From: Bacteriovoracia bacterium
Lineage (GTDB): Bacteria > Bdellovibrionota > UBA1018 > CAIPTA01
Assembly: GCA_050246755.1 (NCBI GenBank)
Contig: JBFWVL010000001.1
Location: 1,056,001 to 1,120,000, forward strand
Direction: 5' to 3'
Length of the DNA: 64,000 nt
The notes below the pieces were generated by a model. It was not told the origin of the DNA. It did no database searches and was given only the letters and a program-made list of their open reading frames with translations. The position numbers and the translations under genes were made by a program. Positions 28,820 to 38,528 of this stretch are shown piece after piece; position 1 is the stretch's first letter; every line of letters starts with the position of its first letter.

Positions 28820-30312
28820 AGCGGGACGCTCTCTGCCTCTCCATCGCTGCCGCCTTTCTATTTTTGATCGAAGCCCTTGCCTGGCCGTTAGCGGCCGGCC
28901 GCGACGGACACTCCTATCTCTACTACGCTTACGATTTTTTTAGCTTGGTTCCCGAAGACAGATTCACCATGCTCTTCCGTACGCCAATGGCTCCTTTTTT
29001 TGATTTTATTTTGCTTACCTACCTTCCACCCTGGGGGGCTGAATTGGCGATGGGAGCCTTGTTCGTAGCCCTCATTCTGAGCCTCTATCGAATCGGTTTA
29101 TTTTGGGGCCGCAAAGTCGGCTTATTTTTTGCCGGCCTTTTCCTTTTTCATTTCGGCTGGGGATCCTTATTTCACGTAGTCTCTAACGATCCGCCGCTGG
29201 CCATTCTAGCTCCTCTCTTATTATGGGCTACGCTGGCCTCCGTAAAAACCCAGCGTCCTATTCGTTTTTTCCTGGTCGGGCTTCTCGTTGGCCTCTTCAC
29301 CCTTACCCGCCCGGGGATTTTTCCGGCCCTTGGCCTCTTACCTATATTTCTGTGGAATTTTTCCTGGCCAAAGAAACTGGTGAGTGTTTGCGCCTTCTAC
29401 ATGGCTTGCCTGCCCATCCTGCTGGCCTGGAGTTTCTGGAACTACAGCCACTACGGGTTTTTCTCCATGGCTCCCGGAGCCAACGTGGTATTGCCGCTCG
29501 GCCGCGTACTGGCCCAAGAACAAATTCTCCGTGAGGAAAATGGTCCTAATTCCGCCGAGCTGGCTAAAGCGGTGCGGGAATTTATCCTCCAGCCGATTGG
29601 AAGCACCCAGGACGCCAATGAATACTTTCTTTCTCACCCCCGCTACTTCGAGTACATGCTGCTCGCCGACAAGGCATGGGGCACCGGTAACTATACCATT
29701 CTCCAAAAGGCGGCTTGGGAAGCGGTGGCTGCGCAGCCCGGAAAGTATTTCTGCGGAGTGGCAAAAACGATCTTGCTCTCGATGGCGGGAAACCTAAAAC
29801 AGCCCGTGCCACTGCAAAGTGGCGCCCGCGTTCACACGCATAAAGGCCATGTGTCCTATACGCTCGATACCCAGGACCAATGGATTCCCTTAAAAGAGTT
29901 TAACTTTTCCGCTCCGCTAGGCGGAGACGGGATTTCCGGCGTAATGGCAAAGCTCGGCCCGAATTCTCTCCGCGCCTGGAACTTCATGCGCTCTTTTCCC
30001 AAGCGCGACGGATGGATTCAGGTGGGAACAATCTTGAATTGGATGGCGTATCTCTTTCCACCAATCCTACTTTGGCTTTTGGCCGTTCTTCTCTGGCCTA
30101 TTAGAAAAAAGAAAATTGCGCCGCTGGAAATTGGGCTTCTATACTTCTGGCTACTCTGCCTGGCCACCAATGTCCTAGCATCTTTTTCTATATGGAGCGT
30201 GATCTACGAGTATCGTTTACCATTCGATCCCGTCTACGTATTGACCGGGGGACTAGCTTTCCTGCATCGCTTTTGGCCAAAAGCTCTAGAAGATACGCCT
30301 AATGCAAGCTAG
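28816..30312 (+). CDS. GT-C fold membrane glycosyltransferase (ArnT/PMT-like)
   Basis: RDGHSY after TM1, RTP..P, L.RP, W...NY..YG, RYR-like EYRLPFDP near the C-terminus; coupled to the DPM1-like GT. Confidence 0.65.
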   Translation: MKRDALCLSIAAAFLFLIEALAWPLAAGRDGHSYLYYAYDFFSLVPEDRFTMLFRTPMAPFFDFILLTYLPPWGAELAMGALFVALILSLYRIGLFWGRKVGLFFAGLFLFHFGWGSLFHVVSNDPPLAILAPLLLWATLASVKTQRPIRFFLVGLLVGLFTLTRPGIFPALGLLPIFLWNFSWPKKLVSVCAFYMACLPILLAWSFWNYSHYGFFSMAPGANVVLPLGRVLAQEQILREENGPNSAELAKAVREFILQPIGSTQDANEYFLSHPRYFEYMLLADKAWGTGNYTILQKAAWEAVAAQPGKYFCGVAKTILLSMAGNLKQPVPLQSGARVHTHKGHVSYTLDTQDQWIPLKEFNFSAPLGGDGISGVMAKLGPNSLRAWNFMRSFPKRDGWIQVGTILNWMAYLFPPILLWLLAVLLWPIRKKKIAPLEIGLLYFWLLCLATNVLASFSIWSVIYEYRLPFDPVYVLTGGLAFLHRFWPKALEDTPNAS

Positions 30313-31378
30313 AGAATATTTTCTCGTGCTTTTCCACGAAGAGCGAAAGCGAGAACTTTTCTTCTACGTGTTTCCGGCAATTGCTCGAAAGGTCTTCGCT
30401 TTGGGCTAAAAGCCTATCGGAAGCGGTGAAAATGTTTTCCGCACTCGGATAGTAAAAATAATCCCAGCCTTGCTCCACCGCCAATAAGGTACCGAGGCTT
30501 GGTGGCATGAGCTCCGGCATTCCGCCGGAAGCAATTCCCAAAACCGGCAACCCGCAGGCCATCGCTTCCAGGGGGACCGTAGGACTGGCGTCTTTGTCCT
30601 GCATATGCATCAGAACTTTTGCGGAAGAATAAATTTCCGCCGCCTCGGCCTGAGCGTACTGACCCTCTCGCTGAACCCTATCTTCCAGGCCAAGCTCCGC
30701 CACCCATTTCCTGAAATCTGCTTCGGCATTTTCCCAAAGAAAACGCCCAGCGACGCGCATGCGCCAAGCTTTTCCACGTTGTTTAGCCAGCGAAAGCGCC
30801 TCGAGCGGGAGCTTTATTCTCCCGGGCTGACTGCAGCTTCCCATTAGCAAAAACTCAACGGGCCTCCTTCCGGTTTCGGAAATACGTTGGAAAACGGTGG
30901 TATCTACCGGATTATATACCACCGAACTTAACGCGGTGGCCTTGCCCACCCATTTTTCGCAAGAGAGGCGGCAAAACTCGCTTTGGTAAATGATAAAATC
31001 GGCTTTTTCGAGAAGAGCGCGGGCGCGGGCATTCAGCTTCATTTCTTCTTTGCCCGCCCAAGCTGGATAGGCTACGCCGTTTTGGTTTAGCACGAACCGA
31101 AGGCCCTTATCTTTGGCGACAGATGCCCAACCCAAGGCGCCTTTGGGCAATGCGCTTGAGACCAGATACAAAAAATTTCCCCGATGACCGCCGTCGGGAA
31201 AACGCCTCGATAAATATTTTAGCTTAACCGCACCGCCCGCCAGTGTGGATTTAGGGTGGGTCTTCCCGGCGTAAACCACGGAAAGACCGTTCGTTTTTTT
31301 TAACCAAAACTTTAACCAAAAATAAACGAGAAGATCGAGGGCCCTGCGCACCAGTGGCTTCCAGTTACTATTGCTCAC
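30299..31378 (-). CDS. GT4 family glycosyltransferase
   Basis: YQSEF, VYNPVD...F, D..P...LEAMACGLPV.....GG..E motif. Confidence 0.88.
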   Translation of the reverse strand: MSNSNWKPLVRRALDLLVYFWLKFWLKKTNGLSVVYAGKTHPKSTLAGGAVKLKYLSRRFPDGGHRGNFLYLVSSALPKGALGWASVAKDKGLRFVLNQNGVAYPAWAGKEEMKLNARARALLEKADFIIYQSEFCRLSCEKWVGKATALSSVVYNPVDTTVFQRISETGRRPVEFLLMGSCSQPGRIKLPLEALSLAKQRGKAWRMRVAGRFLWENAEADFRKWVAELGLEDRVQREGQYAQAEAAEIYSSAKVLMHMQDKDASPTVPLEAMACGLPVLGIASGGMPELMPPSLGTLLAVEQGWDYFYYPSAENIFTASDRLLAQSEDLSSNCRKHVEEKFSLSLFVEKHEKIFSSLH

Positions 31379-32348
31379 CCGAAGGTACCTTACGGAAAGG
31401 GTGAGGAAATCTGCGAAGAAGTTCCAGCTCGAAATTAGCGCGCTGGATTTTTACCACCGTATCCAGCAGCAGGCCCGTAGCGATAAAAAGCATAGAGAAA
31501 ACCATCAGTCCGGTGGCTAGAATCGCCGAGGGAAATTTCGGCACTAGGCCCGTATGCATGAATTCGGTGATAACGGGCACACCAATTAAAAGACCCAAGG
31601 CAAAAGCCAAAAAAGAAAGCGCGAAGAAAAATGGCAGCGGACGGTAATCTTTAAAGATCCAAAGAACCATCTTCAGCACCCGAAAACCGTCACTAAAGGT
31701 ATTGAGCTTGGAAAAACTGCCTTCCGGGCGTTTCCGGTAGTCAATCGGCAGCTCCTGTACCGCCAGGCGGTGGTGGGCCGCGTGAAGAGTCATCTCCGTT
31801 TCTACCTCGAACCCTTCAGATAAAATCGGAAAGCTTTTCACGAAACGGTAACTGAGCACGCGGTAACCCGTCATGATATCGGAAAGCTGGGTATGAAAAA
31901 GAGTGTTGATCAGCCAACGCACGAGGTTATTGCCAAAATCGTGGAGTGGCCGCGTGTTTTGCGCGCGGTAAACCGCATTGGCATGGCGGTTTCCTACTAC
32001 CATATCGGCCAATCCATTCACTACGGGAGCCAACAAGGTGGGCAGATCATCCGCCGAATAAGTTAAATCAGCGTCAGCCATCACGTAGATATCGGCATCT
32101 ACTTCGCGGAAAGCCTTGCGAAGCGCATTGGCTTTTCCCGGGCGCGGTTCCCGCAGGATCATTCCGCTTGCACCAAGGGCCTTCAATTGACTGGCCGCCA
32201 CCTCAGCGGTGCGATCGGCCGAACGATTATCTACCACCACGATATCGGCCCGCGGCATTTTACGGAAAAATTCGGCCATCGTGGAAGCGATGGTGGATTC
32301 TTCGTTGTAAGCTGGGAGAATAACGACAATTTTTTTTTCTGCGCTCAC
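31368..32348 (-). CDS. GT2 polyprenyl-phosphate glycosyltransferase with two C-terminal TM helices
   Basis: LPAYNEE, VDN.S.D.T, GK, MADAD.TY, VVG.R, DIMTGYR, GFEVETE, R..GS.SKLNT..DG. Confidence 0.9.
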   Translation of the reverse strand: MSAEKKIVVILPAYNEESTIASTMAEFFRKMPRADIVVVDNRSADRTAEVAASQLKALGASGMILREPRPGKANALRKAFREVDADIYVMADADLTYSADDLPTLLAPVVNGLADMVVGNRHANAVYRAQNTRPLHDFGNNLVRWLINTLFHTQLSDIMTGYRVLSYRFVKSFPILSEGFEVETEMTLHAAHHRLAVQELPIDYRKRPEGSFSKLNTFSDGFRVLKMVLWIFKDYRPLPFFFALSFLAFALGLLIGVPVITEFMHTGLVPKFPSAILATGLMVFSMLFIATGLLLDTVVKIQRANFELELLRRFPHPFRKVPSGEQ

Positions 32349-33295
32349 TTCGAACCCGCCACTTTCAGTACTTCGGAATATCTCCGGCCAACCTCGGAAA
32401 TCGAAAGCACTCGAATATGCTCGCGATACTCATCTAATTTATCAGCGATTTGCGCAAAAAGCGCGGGCACTTCTTCTACATTATGAAAAGGCTCCCCACC
32501 CTTACCCACTAGCTCCGGACTGCTCCCCGAGTCTTTATATACGGACGGCAAGCCCGATGTGAGGGCTTCGATCAACGCATTCGAGCAGCACTCATTCTCG
32601 CTCGGCATAAAGTAAATATCCTGCTGCCGGAGAAAAGCGCCTACTTCCTCGCTGCCCCGTGGAGCATATGCTTTAATATTTTTAAACTTAGATTCAATGC
32701 GTCCCATAAAACTTAGCTCATACCGGCTGAAATCGAGGTTTTCATCGAGCCAACTGTAGAGGGCCAAACCCTTCTTAGGGTTAGTGGACCAAGAAGTGCC
32801 GGCGATCCTGATTTTTCTTTTTTTATCCCGCGCCTGATCGGAACGGAAAAAAAAGGCAGGGTTCACGGCATTAGGAATGATCACGGGCGCCTTAAAGTGA
32901 ATATCCAGCGCCTCGTGCATCTCTTTACTGTAGCGGCTCTGCATGATCGTGGCGTCGGCCATTTCTAGGTTCCAATCCGAAATTCGCCTATCAATCGTCG
33001 AATCCGGTAAAGATCGATACACCGAGACCGGGCCGTCTACGCGATGGATGATGCGCAGATTTCTATTTTTGTAGCGTTTTACTTTTTCAAAATCGAAATT
33101 GAAAGAATTCACCAGCAGCACTTTGGTGGCCGGGCCAACACGATTCTGGCTTACCTTAATGCCTTGATTTTCCAGTTCCCGGATCAGCGCCAATAGAAAT
33201 TGATTGCCTCCGCCATAGGGAGGTTTATGGAATTCGTGAATCACGGCAAGCTCGCCACCCGCCGCCCATAATTTTATTCCATGCCAAAAGCTCAC
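32345..33295 (-). CDS. GT4-like glycosyltransferase
   Basis: PYGGGNQF, HRVDGP, QS.YS, IPNAV, E.CSNALIEAL..GLP; GTG 33295 preferred. Confidence 0.82.
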   Translation of the reverse strand: MSFWHGIKLWAAGGELAVIHEFHKPPYGGGNQFLLALIRELENQGIKVSQNRVGPATKVLLVNSFNFDFEKVKRYKNRNLRIIHRVDGPVSVYRSLPDSTIDRRISDWNLEMADATIMQSRYSKEMHEALDIHFKAPVIIPNAVNPAFFFRSDQARDKKRKIRIAGTSWSTNPKKGLALYSWLDENLDFSRYELSFMGRIESKFKNIKAYAPRGSEEVGAFLRQQDIYFMPSENECCSNALIEALTSGLPSVYKDSGSSPELVGKGGEPFHNVEEVPALFAQIADKLDEYREHIRVLSISEVGRRYSEVLKVAGSK

Positions 33296-33305
33296 TCGGC
33301 AACTC

Positions 33306-35129
33306 TCACTGCAAGCTCTGCGCATCGCACATGGCGCGGAAATATTTTCCGCTTTTATAGAGCTCCGAAAAACTCCCGGTCTCTACTAGCGAGCCCTCTT
33401 TAAGCACAAAGATCAGATCGCAATTTCGAACCGTGGCAAGACGGTGAGCAATCATCACGATGGTAGTGGTGCCCTTCAATGCATCGATGCTATCCTGTAC
33501 GGCGCGTTCGGATTCAGAATCTAGTGCGCTGGTGGCTTCGTCGAGAATCATCAGGGCCGGCGACTTATAAAGCTCGCGCGCGATAGATAACCTTTGCCGT
33601 TGTCCACCAGAAAGACGAATGCCCCGTTCGCCTACGATTTCCTGCAAGCCACCGGCAAATTTCTCTACGAAGGAAAGACAATTGGCTCGCTTCAGCGCCA
33701 CCCGCACGTTTTCCAGGCCATCCACCGATTGATCCCAGCGCCAGAGAGAAACATTATTGGCCACCGTATCGTCGAAAACCACGCTCTCTTGCGTCACGTA
33801 ACCGATGCGAGCTCGTAACGAATTGCGATCGAGATCACGATAGCTGGTTCCGTCCACCAATACATCTCCCTCGGAGGGAAGCATCAGGCTCGTGAGCATA
33901 TCCACTAACGTTGACTTGCCGGCCCCAGATTCTCCCACAAAGGCCACCATGGAATTGGCAGGAATATGTAAATTTACATTTTTCAAAACTTTCGCCTCTC
34001 CATAGGCGAAGGTAACGTTCTTTAGATCGATACCCGTGCCGATACCCTGAAAGGCTTTTCCGCCTTTCGGCTCGGCCGTTCCACGAAGGTCTTTTAGCGT
34101 CTTGATCAACACGTCTACACCACCCACATAGGAGTTAAATCCCTGCCAAGATCCTTGCAGGGTGGTAGTTTCCCGCATTGCCCGATAGAGGAATAGCATG
34201 GCCACCATCATCGCTTCCACGGTGCGACCGAACACCTGCGTCTGCAGGTAAACCATGCTCCCCAGGAAGGCCACGATCACGGTTTCAGAGCTAGCGGGTA
34301 AAATCGCGGATAAGAACCCAATCCGCGAACCCGCAGCCGCAACTCGTCCGGCACTTTTAGAAATTTTCTTTTGCAGAGGACCCAAGGATCCGGTGGAAAA
34401 AAGATATTTAAAAGACTGCAGCAACTGCACCACGAGCGAACTCATGCTCGATTCGGACTGAGACAATTCGCGCGACGCGGCGGAAGTCCCTTTCATTACC
34501 ATCCGTGCGATTAGCGCGGTGATTACGCCAAACATTCCGGCTAGCACGGTAAATCGCCAATCCACCCGAATGGAGAGAAGAATATAAAGCGAGATAGAAA
34601 TCACCATCGGCACCATCGCTGAAATTTGATAGAAGGCGGTTACCGAGCGATACACTTCGGTGGTCACTAAATGAGTGAAGAAGCCGGAATTGTGCTTAAG
34701 GTATTCGGAATAGCGCATCGAGGCCACGGCTTGCGCGAGGTCTTCATTGATGCCGCCGAGAATTTTTGAGTACAAACGGAAATGATAGCCCTTCCCAATA
34801 AATACCAGCAAGCTTCTCACCGCAAACACCAATACCAGCACGGGAATCACCCGCGTCGGCACAAATTCGATTCCCAGCCATTGAAAAATTTCTATTAGTT
34901 TAGAAATAATCGGCGAGGACTGCGTACCGTTCGCGGCCAAAAACTGGATGTACGCGATGAACGCGGCGATACCAGCTCCTTCGGTGAGCGTGCTAAATAC
35001 GGAAATTCCGCCTAAAATAAGCGCGCGATCACCGGCATAACGGCGAAAGATGCCATAATAGAAAAAATAGCGCCCAAGCAGGGGTATACCCAGCAAGAAG
35101 CTCTTTGATTCCGGCTGATTTTCTTTCAT
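33306..35129 (-). CDS. ABC exporter, fused TMD-NBD (PglK/HetA-like glycolipid flippase)
   Basis: Six-TM N-half; Walker A GESGAGKST, signature LSGGQRQR, Walker B ILDEATSALD, IAHRL. Confidence 0.9.
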   Translation of the reverse strand: MKENQPESKSFLLGIPLLGRYFFYYGIFRRYAGDRALILGGISVFSTLTEGAGIAAFIAYIQFLAANGTQSSPIISKLIEIFQWLGIEFVPTRVIPVLVLVFAVRSLLVFIGKGYHFRLYSKILGGINEDLAQAVASMRYSEYLKHNSGFFTHLVTTEVYRSVTAFYQISAMVPMVISISLYILLSIRVDWRFTVLAGMFGVITALIARMVMKGTSAASRELSQSESSMSSLVVQLLQSFKYLFSTGSLGPLQKKISKSAGRVAAAGSRIGFLSAILPASSETVIVAFLGSMVYLQTQVFGRTVEAMMVAMLFLYRAMRETTTLQGSWQGFNSYVGGVDVLIKTLKDLRGTAEPKGGKAFQGIGTGIDLKNVTFAYGEAKVLKNVNLHIPANSMVAFVGESGAGKSTLVDMLTSLMLPSEGDVLVDGTSYRDLDRNSLRARIGYVTQESVVFDDTVANNVSLWRWDQSVDGLENVRVALKRANCLSFVEKFAGGLQEIVGERGIRLSGGQRQRLSIARELYKSPALMILDEATSALDSESERAVQDSIDALKGTTTIVMIAHRLATVRNCDLIFVLKEGSLVETGSFSELYKSGKYFRAMCDAQSLQ

Positions 35130-35292
35130 CAAAAACGGGCCTCGGGAACAGCGTTTCGTCTATAAAAAGGTTTAGACGGATTAGGCACTAAAATCTACCT
35201 TTCCCGATTGGGTTAATGGCAAAATAAAGCGCTGCAACCATGATGAACCTAAGCCAAATTTCTTTCATCAAAATAAAACGCGGAGCGTCGCG

Positions 35293-36375
35293 GTGAATCC
35301 TATTTCCCGCATGGTCATAGGTCTAGGTGCCAATGCCCGCGCCCTTCTGGCAAAACCCTATACCCAATTGCTGGTAGCCACCGATTTTGCCGGATGGTCT
35401 CTCGATGAAGATACTAGGGAACTAGTCGCTATTTCCAAAAAACTCGGCCTCACCGCCTATCGGGCCCATCGCCCGCTTTCCCGGCTAGAGCAATGCGTAC
35501 ACTATAGTTCTTTTTTTTCGCTAGAAGATCCCCGTGTCTTTCAAGGAAAGCACCGGGTTAGCGTGGACTACTATCATGGCAAACCGGAACAGGATCCGGC
35601 ATTCCGCGCTGTGTTCGATACGATAAAAAAGCATGCCAACGCCCTTCACCGGGTTCGAATCTCCTATTCGGGAATGTTGCCGGTGGCCGAAAACGCGGGC
35701 GTTCCTCGCGATCGCATTCATTTGATCCCGATTGCGGTAAATCGCGGTTATTTTCAGCCGCAAACCCGTGAAAGAAAAATTTCTCAAAGGAAAATCCTCG
35801 GAATTCCCCAAAGCTCCGTGGTGATCGGCTCATTCCAGAAAGACGGGCAAGGATGGGGTGAAGGCCTGGAGCCCAAGTGGGTAAAAGGCCCGGACGTTCT
35901 CTTACGCACGCTCACGCAGCTCAAAGAAAAAATTCCCGAGCTTTACGTGCTGCTCACCGGTCCGGCCCGCGGATACGTGAAAAGCGGGTTGGAAAAGGCC
36001 GGAATTCCTTATCGTCACGTTTTGCTGGAACACTATGCAGACCTAGGAAAATTCTATCAGGCACTCGATCTCTACCTAGTAACGAGCCGCGAAGAGGGGG
36101 GTCCAAAGGCAGTGCTGGAATCCATGGCTTCGGGTATTCCGCTCGTTACCACCAAGGTAGGCCAAGCGATGGATCTTGTTCGCCACCGCGAAAATGGAAT
36201 GATGGCCGAGGTAGAAGACGCAGACGCGATTGCCTCTTTTGCGCTTCAGGCGCTCAACGAGACCGCACTGAGCAAAAAAATAATTGAGAATGGGCTTCTC
36301 ACGGCAGCCGCGAATACATACGAATCCCAATTGCCGCTCTGGAAAAAATATTTCACGGGTTACCTGAATTTTTAG
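35293..36375 (+). CDS. GT4 family glycosyltransferase
   Basis: IGSFQKDG, KGPD, LDLYLVTSREEGGPKAVLESMASG.P.VTT.VG. Confidence 0.9.
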   Translation: MNPISRMVIGLGANARALLAKPYTQLLVATDFAGWSLDEDTRELVAISKKLGLTAYRAHRPLSRLEQCVHYSSFFSLEDPRVFQGKHRVSVDYYHGKPEQDPAFRAVFDTIKKHANALHRVRISYSGMLPVAENAGVPRDRIHLIPIAVNRGYFQPQTRERKISQRKILGIPQSSVVIGSFQKDGQGWGEGLEPKWVKGPDVLLRTLTQLKEKIPELYVLLTGPARGYVKSGLEKAGIPYRHVLLEHYADLGKFYQALDLYLVTSREEGGPKAVLESMASGIPLVTTKVGQAMDLVRHRENGMMAEVEDADAIASFALQALNETALSKKIIENGLLTAAANTYESQLPLWKKYFTGYLNF

Positions 36376-37134
36376 CTATTTCCGCCGGAAAATAACCGAG
36401 GCTTGCACCGACTCGCCGGTATTCTTTTCGGGGTCGCGTGGCAGTTTATCTTGAAATTCCAAAATTTCGAACTGCTGTGAGATTAGCTCCCGCATCATGG
36501 CCGGCTCGATGAAAAGGCTGCAATCGCGCAGCTGAAAATCTTCCGGCTTGGTTACGGTCACTCCGCGGTCCGGATTTTTTCCAAAATAGATATGCGCGTA
36601 GCCATTTTTCTTCAAAATGCGCCTTATGGCGTCAAGGTAAAATCTCACTTCATCTACGCTGTCGAAATGTTGAAACACGATGAAGCTATAAACAAAGTCT
36701 ATCGACTCATCGGGCACGCCTGAGATCTCATTGCGCAAGAATAGTTTGGGATTCTCCACGCCGTTCATGCGCAGAAACTCACGCGACTTATCGAAAGCAC
36801 CGTGAATATCCACGCCGTAGACCTCACGGAACTCCTTGGCTGCTTGATGTAAAAGCCGGCCGGCACCGAATCCGATCTCGAGCGCGGCACCTTTGTCTAC
36901 CTTGTTAAACTGGGGAGACAGCTGAAAACGATAGTGCCAGTCGCGCTGGGCCTTTTCCAGGCATTCGGCCACCGAGGCGGTGGTATCGAACCAATTCAAG
37001 AAATCCACCATATTTCCCAGCGCGGCGGGAGTGGAGGTCCAGGAATCCTTGACGTCAATGGATTTCCCTAAGAACTTCGAGAGGAACTTTTTCCTTAGGA
37101 TATTCCACTTCATCCGGGTTTCAGGAAGGAACAT
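36376..37134 (-). CDS. Class I SAM-dependent methyltransferase
   Basis: ALEIGFGAGRL, GVDI, DFVYSFIVFQH, RILK..G. Confidence 0.85.
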   Translation of the reverse strand: MFLPETRMKWNILRKKFLSKFLGKSIDVKDSWTSTPAALGNMVDFLNWFDTTASVAECLEKAQRDWHYRFQLSPQFNKVDKGAALEIGFGAGRLLHQAAKEFREVYGVDIHGAFDKSREFLRMNGVENPKLFLRNEISGVPDESIDFVYSFIVFQHFDSVDEVRFYLDAIRRILKKNGYAHIYFGKNPDRGVTVTKPEDFQLRDCSLFIEPAMMRELISQQFEILEFQDKLPRDPEKNTGESVQASVIFRRK

Positions 37135-37143
37135 ACGCGCGCC

Positions 37144-37791
37144 TCATTTCGTTGCCACCACGAAGTATCCCGTGGTGAGGGAAGAACGTTGTTTTCTAAA
37201 AATTTTCTCCACCAGCCAAAAAAGAGGCTCGGCAAAATATAGCAGCTTACGCGAGATCTTCACCGAAAGCTTTCGTTGGCCCGGGTGTGCGTATCCCGTA
37301 GCGGCTTCGAGGGCGTCGAACAGAATCGCGCCCAGACCGCCCATTTCGCTAATCGAAAAATTGCGGAATCCGGCTCGGCTAAGCAAAAGGGCAGTGCCCG
37401 CCCGAGTGAAACGGAAAAAATCCTGTTCTGCATCTCCATGCACCGGGCATTGTAGCGGAACCGATAGTATCAACCGCCCGCCCTGTACGAGCAGGCGGTT
37501 CATTTCCGTAAGGGCAGCGGCGGGATTCGAAACGTACTCCAATACTTCCGTCATCACGATCAAATCAAAGCTGCTGTCGGTGGCCGGAATACTTTCCGCT
37601 CCCGCCAGGAAATCGGGCTCCGCGGCGGCGTCCGGATTGGCATATTTCCAAGAGCTCACTTGACCCAGTGGCGGGCGAAAGCGGCCGCGCTTATTCGATT
37701 TCCGCCCTCCCACGTCCAGCACACGACCGGCCATCGTCGGCAACAATGCTTCCAGCTCGGCATCGAGGTATTCCCGCCGAAAAGTAATCAT
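37144..37791 (-). CDS. Class I SAM-dependent methyltransferase (type 11)
   Basis: VLDVGG, SFDLIVMTEVLEY, GG.L..SVP...P.H....DF.RFT; ATGA coupling. Confidence 0.85.
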   Translation of the reverse strand: MITFRREYLDAELEALLPTMAGRVLDVGGRKSNKRGRFRPPLGQVSSWKYANPDAAAEPDFLAGAESIPATDSSFDLIVMTEVLEYVSNPAAALTEMNRLLVQGGRLILSVPLQCPVHGDAEQDFFRFTRAGTALLLSRAGFRNFSISEMGGLGAILFDALEAATGYAHPGQRKLSVKISRKLLYFAEPLFWLVEKIFRKQRSSLTTGYFVVATK

Positions 37792-38528
37792 AGGTCGCGC
37801 ACGAAACAAAATTCCGTGTCCTTTGGGTATTCAATGATTTTTTTTTGCAGCCATGCGGCGCCTTCGAGCACGATTTCGCGGTCGTGGAAAGAGAGCACCT
37901 GTTCGTTTCCTACCACGCGAACTGGCGCGGGAGCGGGCAGCTTGGGGTTATGGCAATTCACCACTTTGATCCCATTCCGACGACAAGCTTCCAGCGTGGC
38001 TGCAGCGTAAACATTCCCCGGCGGGACATAAGAGGTGATTTTTTCCCCGAAATATTTTTCCAAAATTTCCAGTGAGCGGGTCACCGAAGCGTGATGCACG
38101 GGGTCCGGGACCCAGTTCCAGAATTCCCGGTGGAAAGTTCGGTTGCTTCCCAGAAACCGGGGCCGGAATCTTCCTCCGTCCACGATACAATGAGTAAGGC
38201 CATGCCCGGCGATCTCGAGCAGACCTTCTTCCATTCCGGCCTTTAGTATCCGGGCTTCCTCAGGAAATTTTTCGGGAAACGGCGTAAGCGAAGCGTCGTC
38301 CTCTACCCAGCAGCCCGTGATGGCCACGGTGAGCTTGGCTTTCTGCTCGCGCAGCAGGGCGTATACTTCTTCCCACTCTTTCACCGTCATCTCACGGTAC
38401 GGCCCCCATGCCCCGAATAGGCGGCGGTCTTTGAGGATTCCCACGTTTAGCCAGCGATTGCGGGTATATTGCTCGAACTGCTTGGTACTGGCTCCGATAT
38501 CATCGATTCGCAGCGCTATTTTTGCCAT
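37788..38528 (-). CDS. Polysaccharide deacetylase-like protein (DUF2334/CE4)
   Basis: LRIDDIG, EIAGHGLTH, YVPPGN, FHD motifs. Confidence 0.75.
   Translation of the reverse strand: MAKIALRIDDIGASTKQFEQYTRNRWLNVGILKDRRLFGAWGPYREMTVKEWEEVYALLREQKAKLTVAITGCWVEDDASLTPFPEKFPEEARILKAGMEEGLLEIAGHGLTHCIVDGGRFRPRFLGSNRTFHREFWNWVPDPVHHASVTRSLEILEKYFGEKITSYVPPGNVYAAATLEACRRNGIKVVNCHNPKLPAPAPVRVVGNEQVLSFHDREIVLEGAAWLQKKIIEYPKDTEFCFVRDL

Noticed and set aside
32330-32338. Homopolymer tracts as phase-variation switches (T9 here, T9 near 37838, several A8/T8, G7 near 16666)
   Set aside because: All host genes are in frame, tracts are short A/T runs coding Lys/Phe, and no long poly-G/C tract is present; cannot be supported without read data.
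35157-35178. 6-bp inverted repeat CGTCTA...TAGACG in the ABC/GT4 divergent region, and similar weak hairpins at 930-960 and 5913-5960
   Set aside because: Short enough to arise by chance, no U-tract, and no shared consensus among them.
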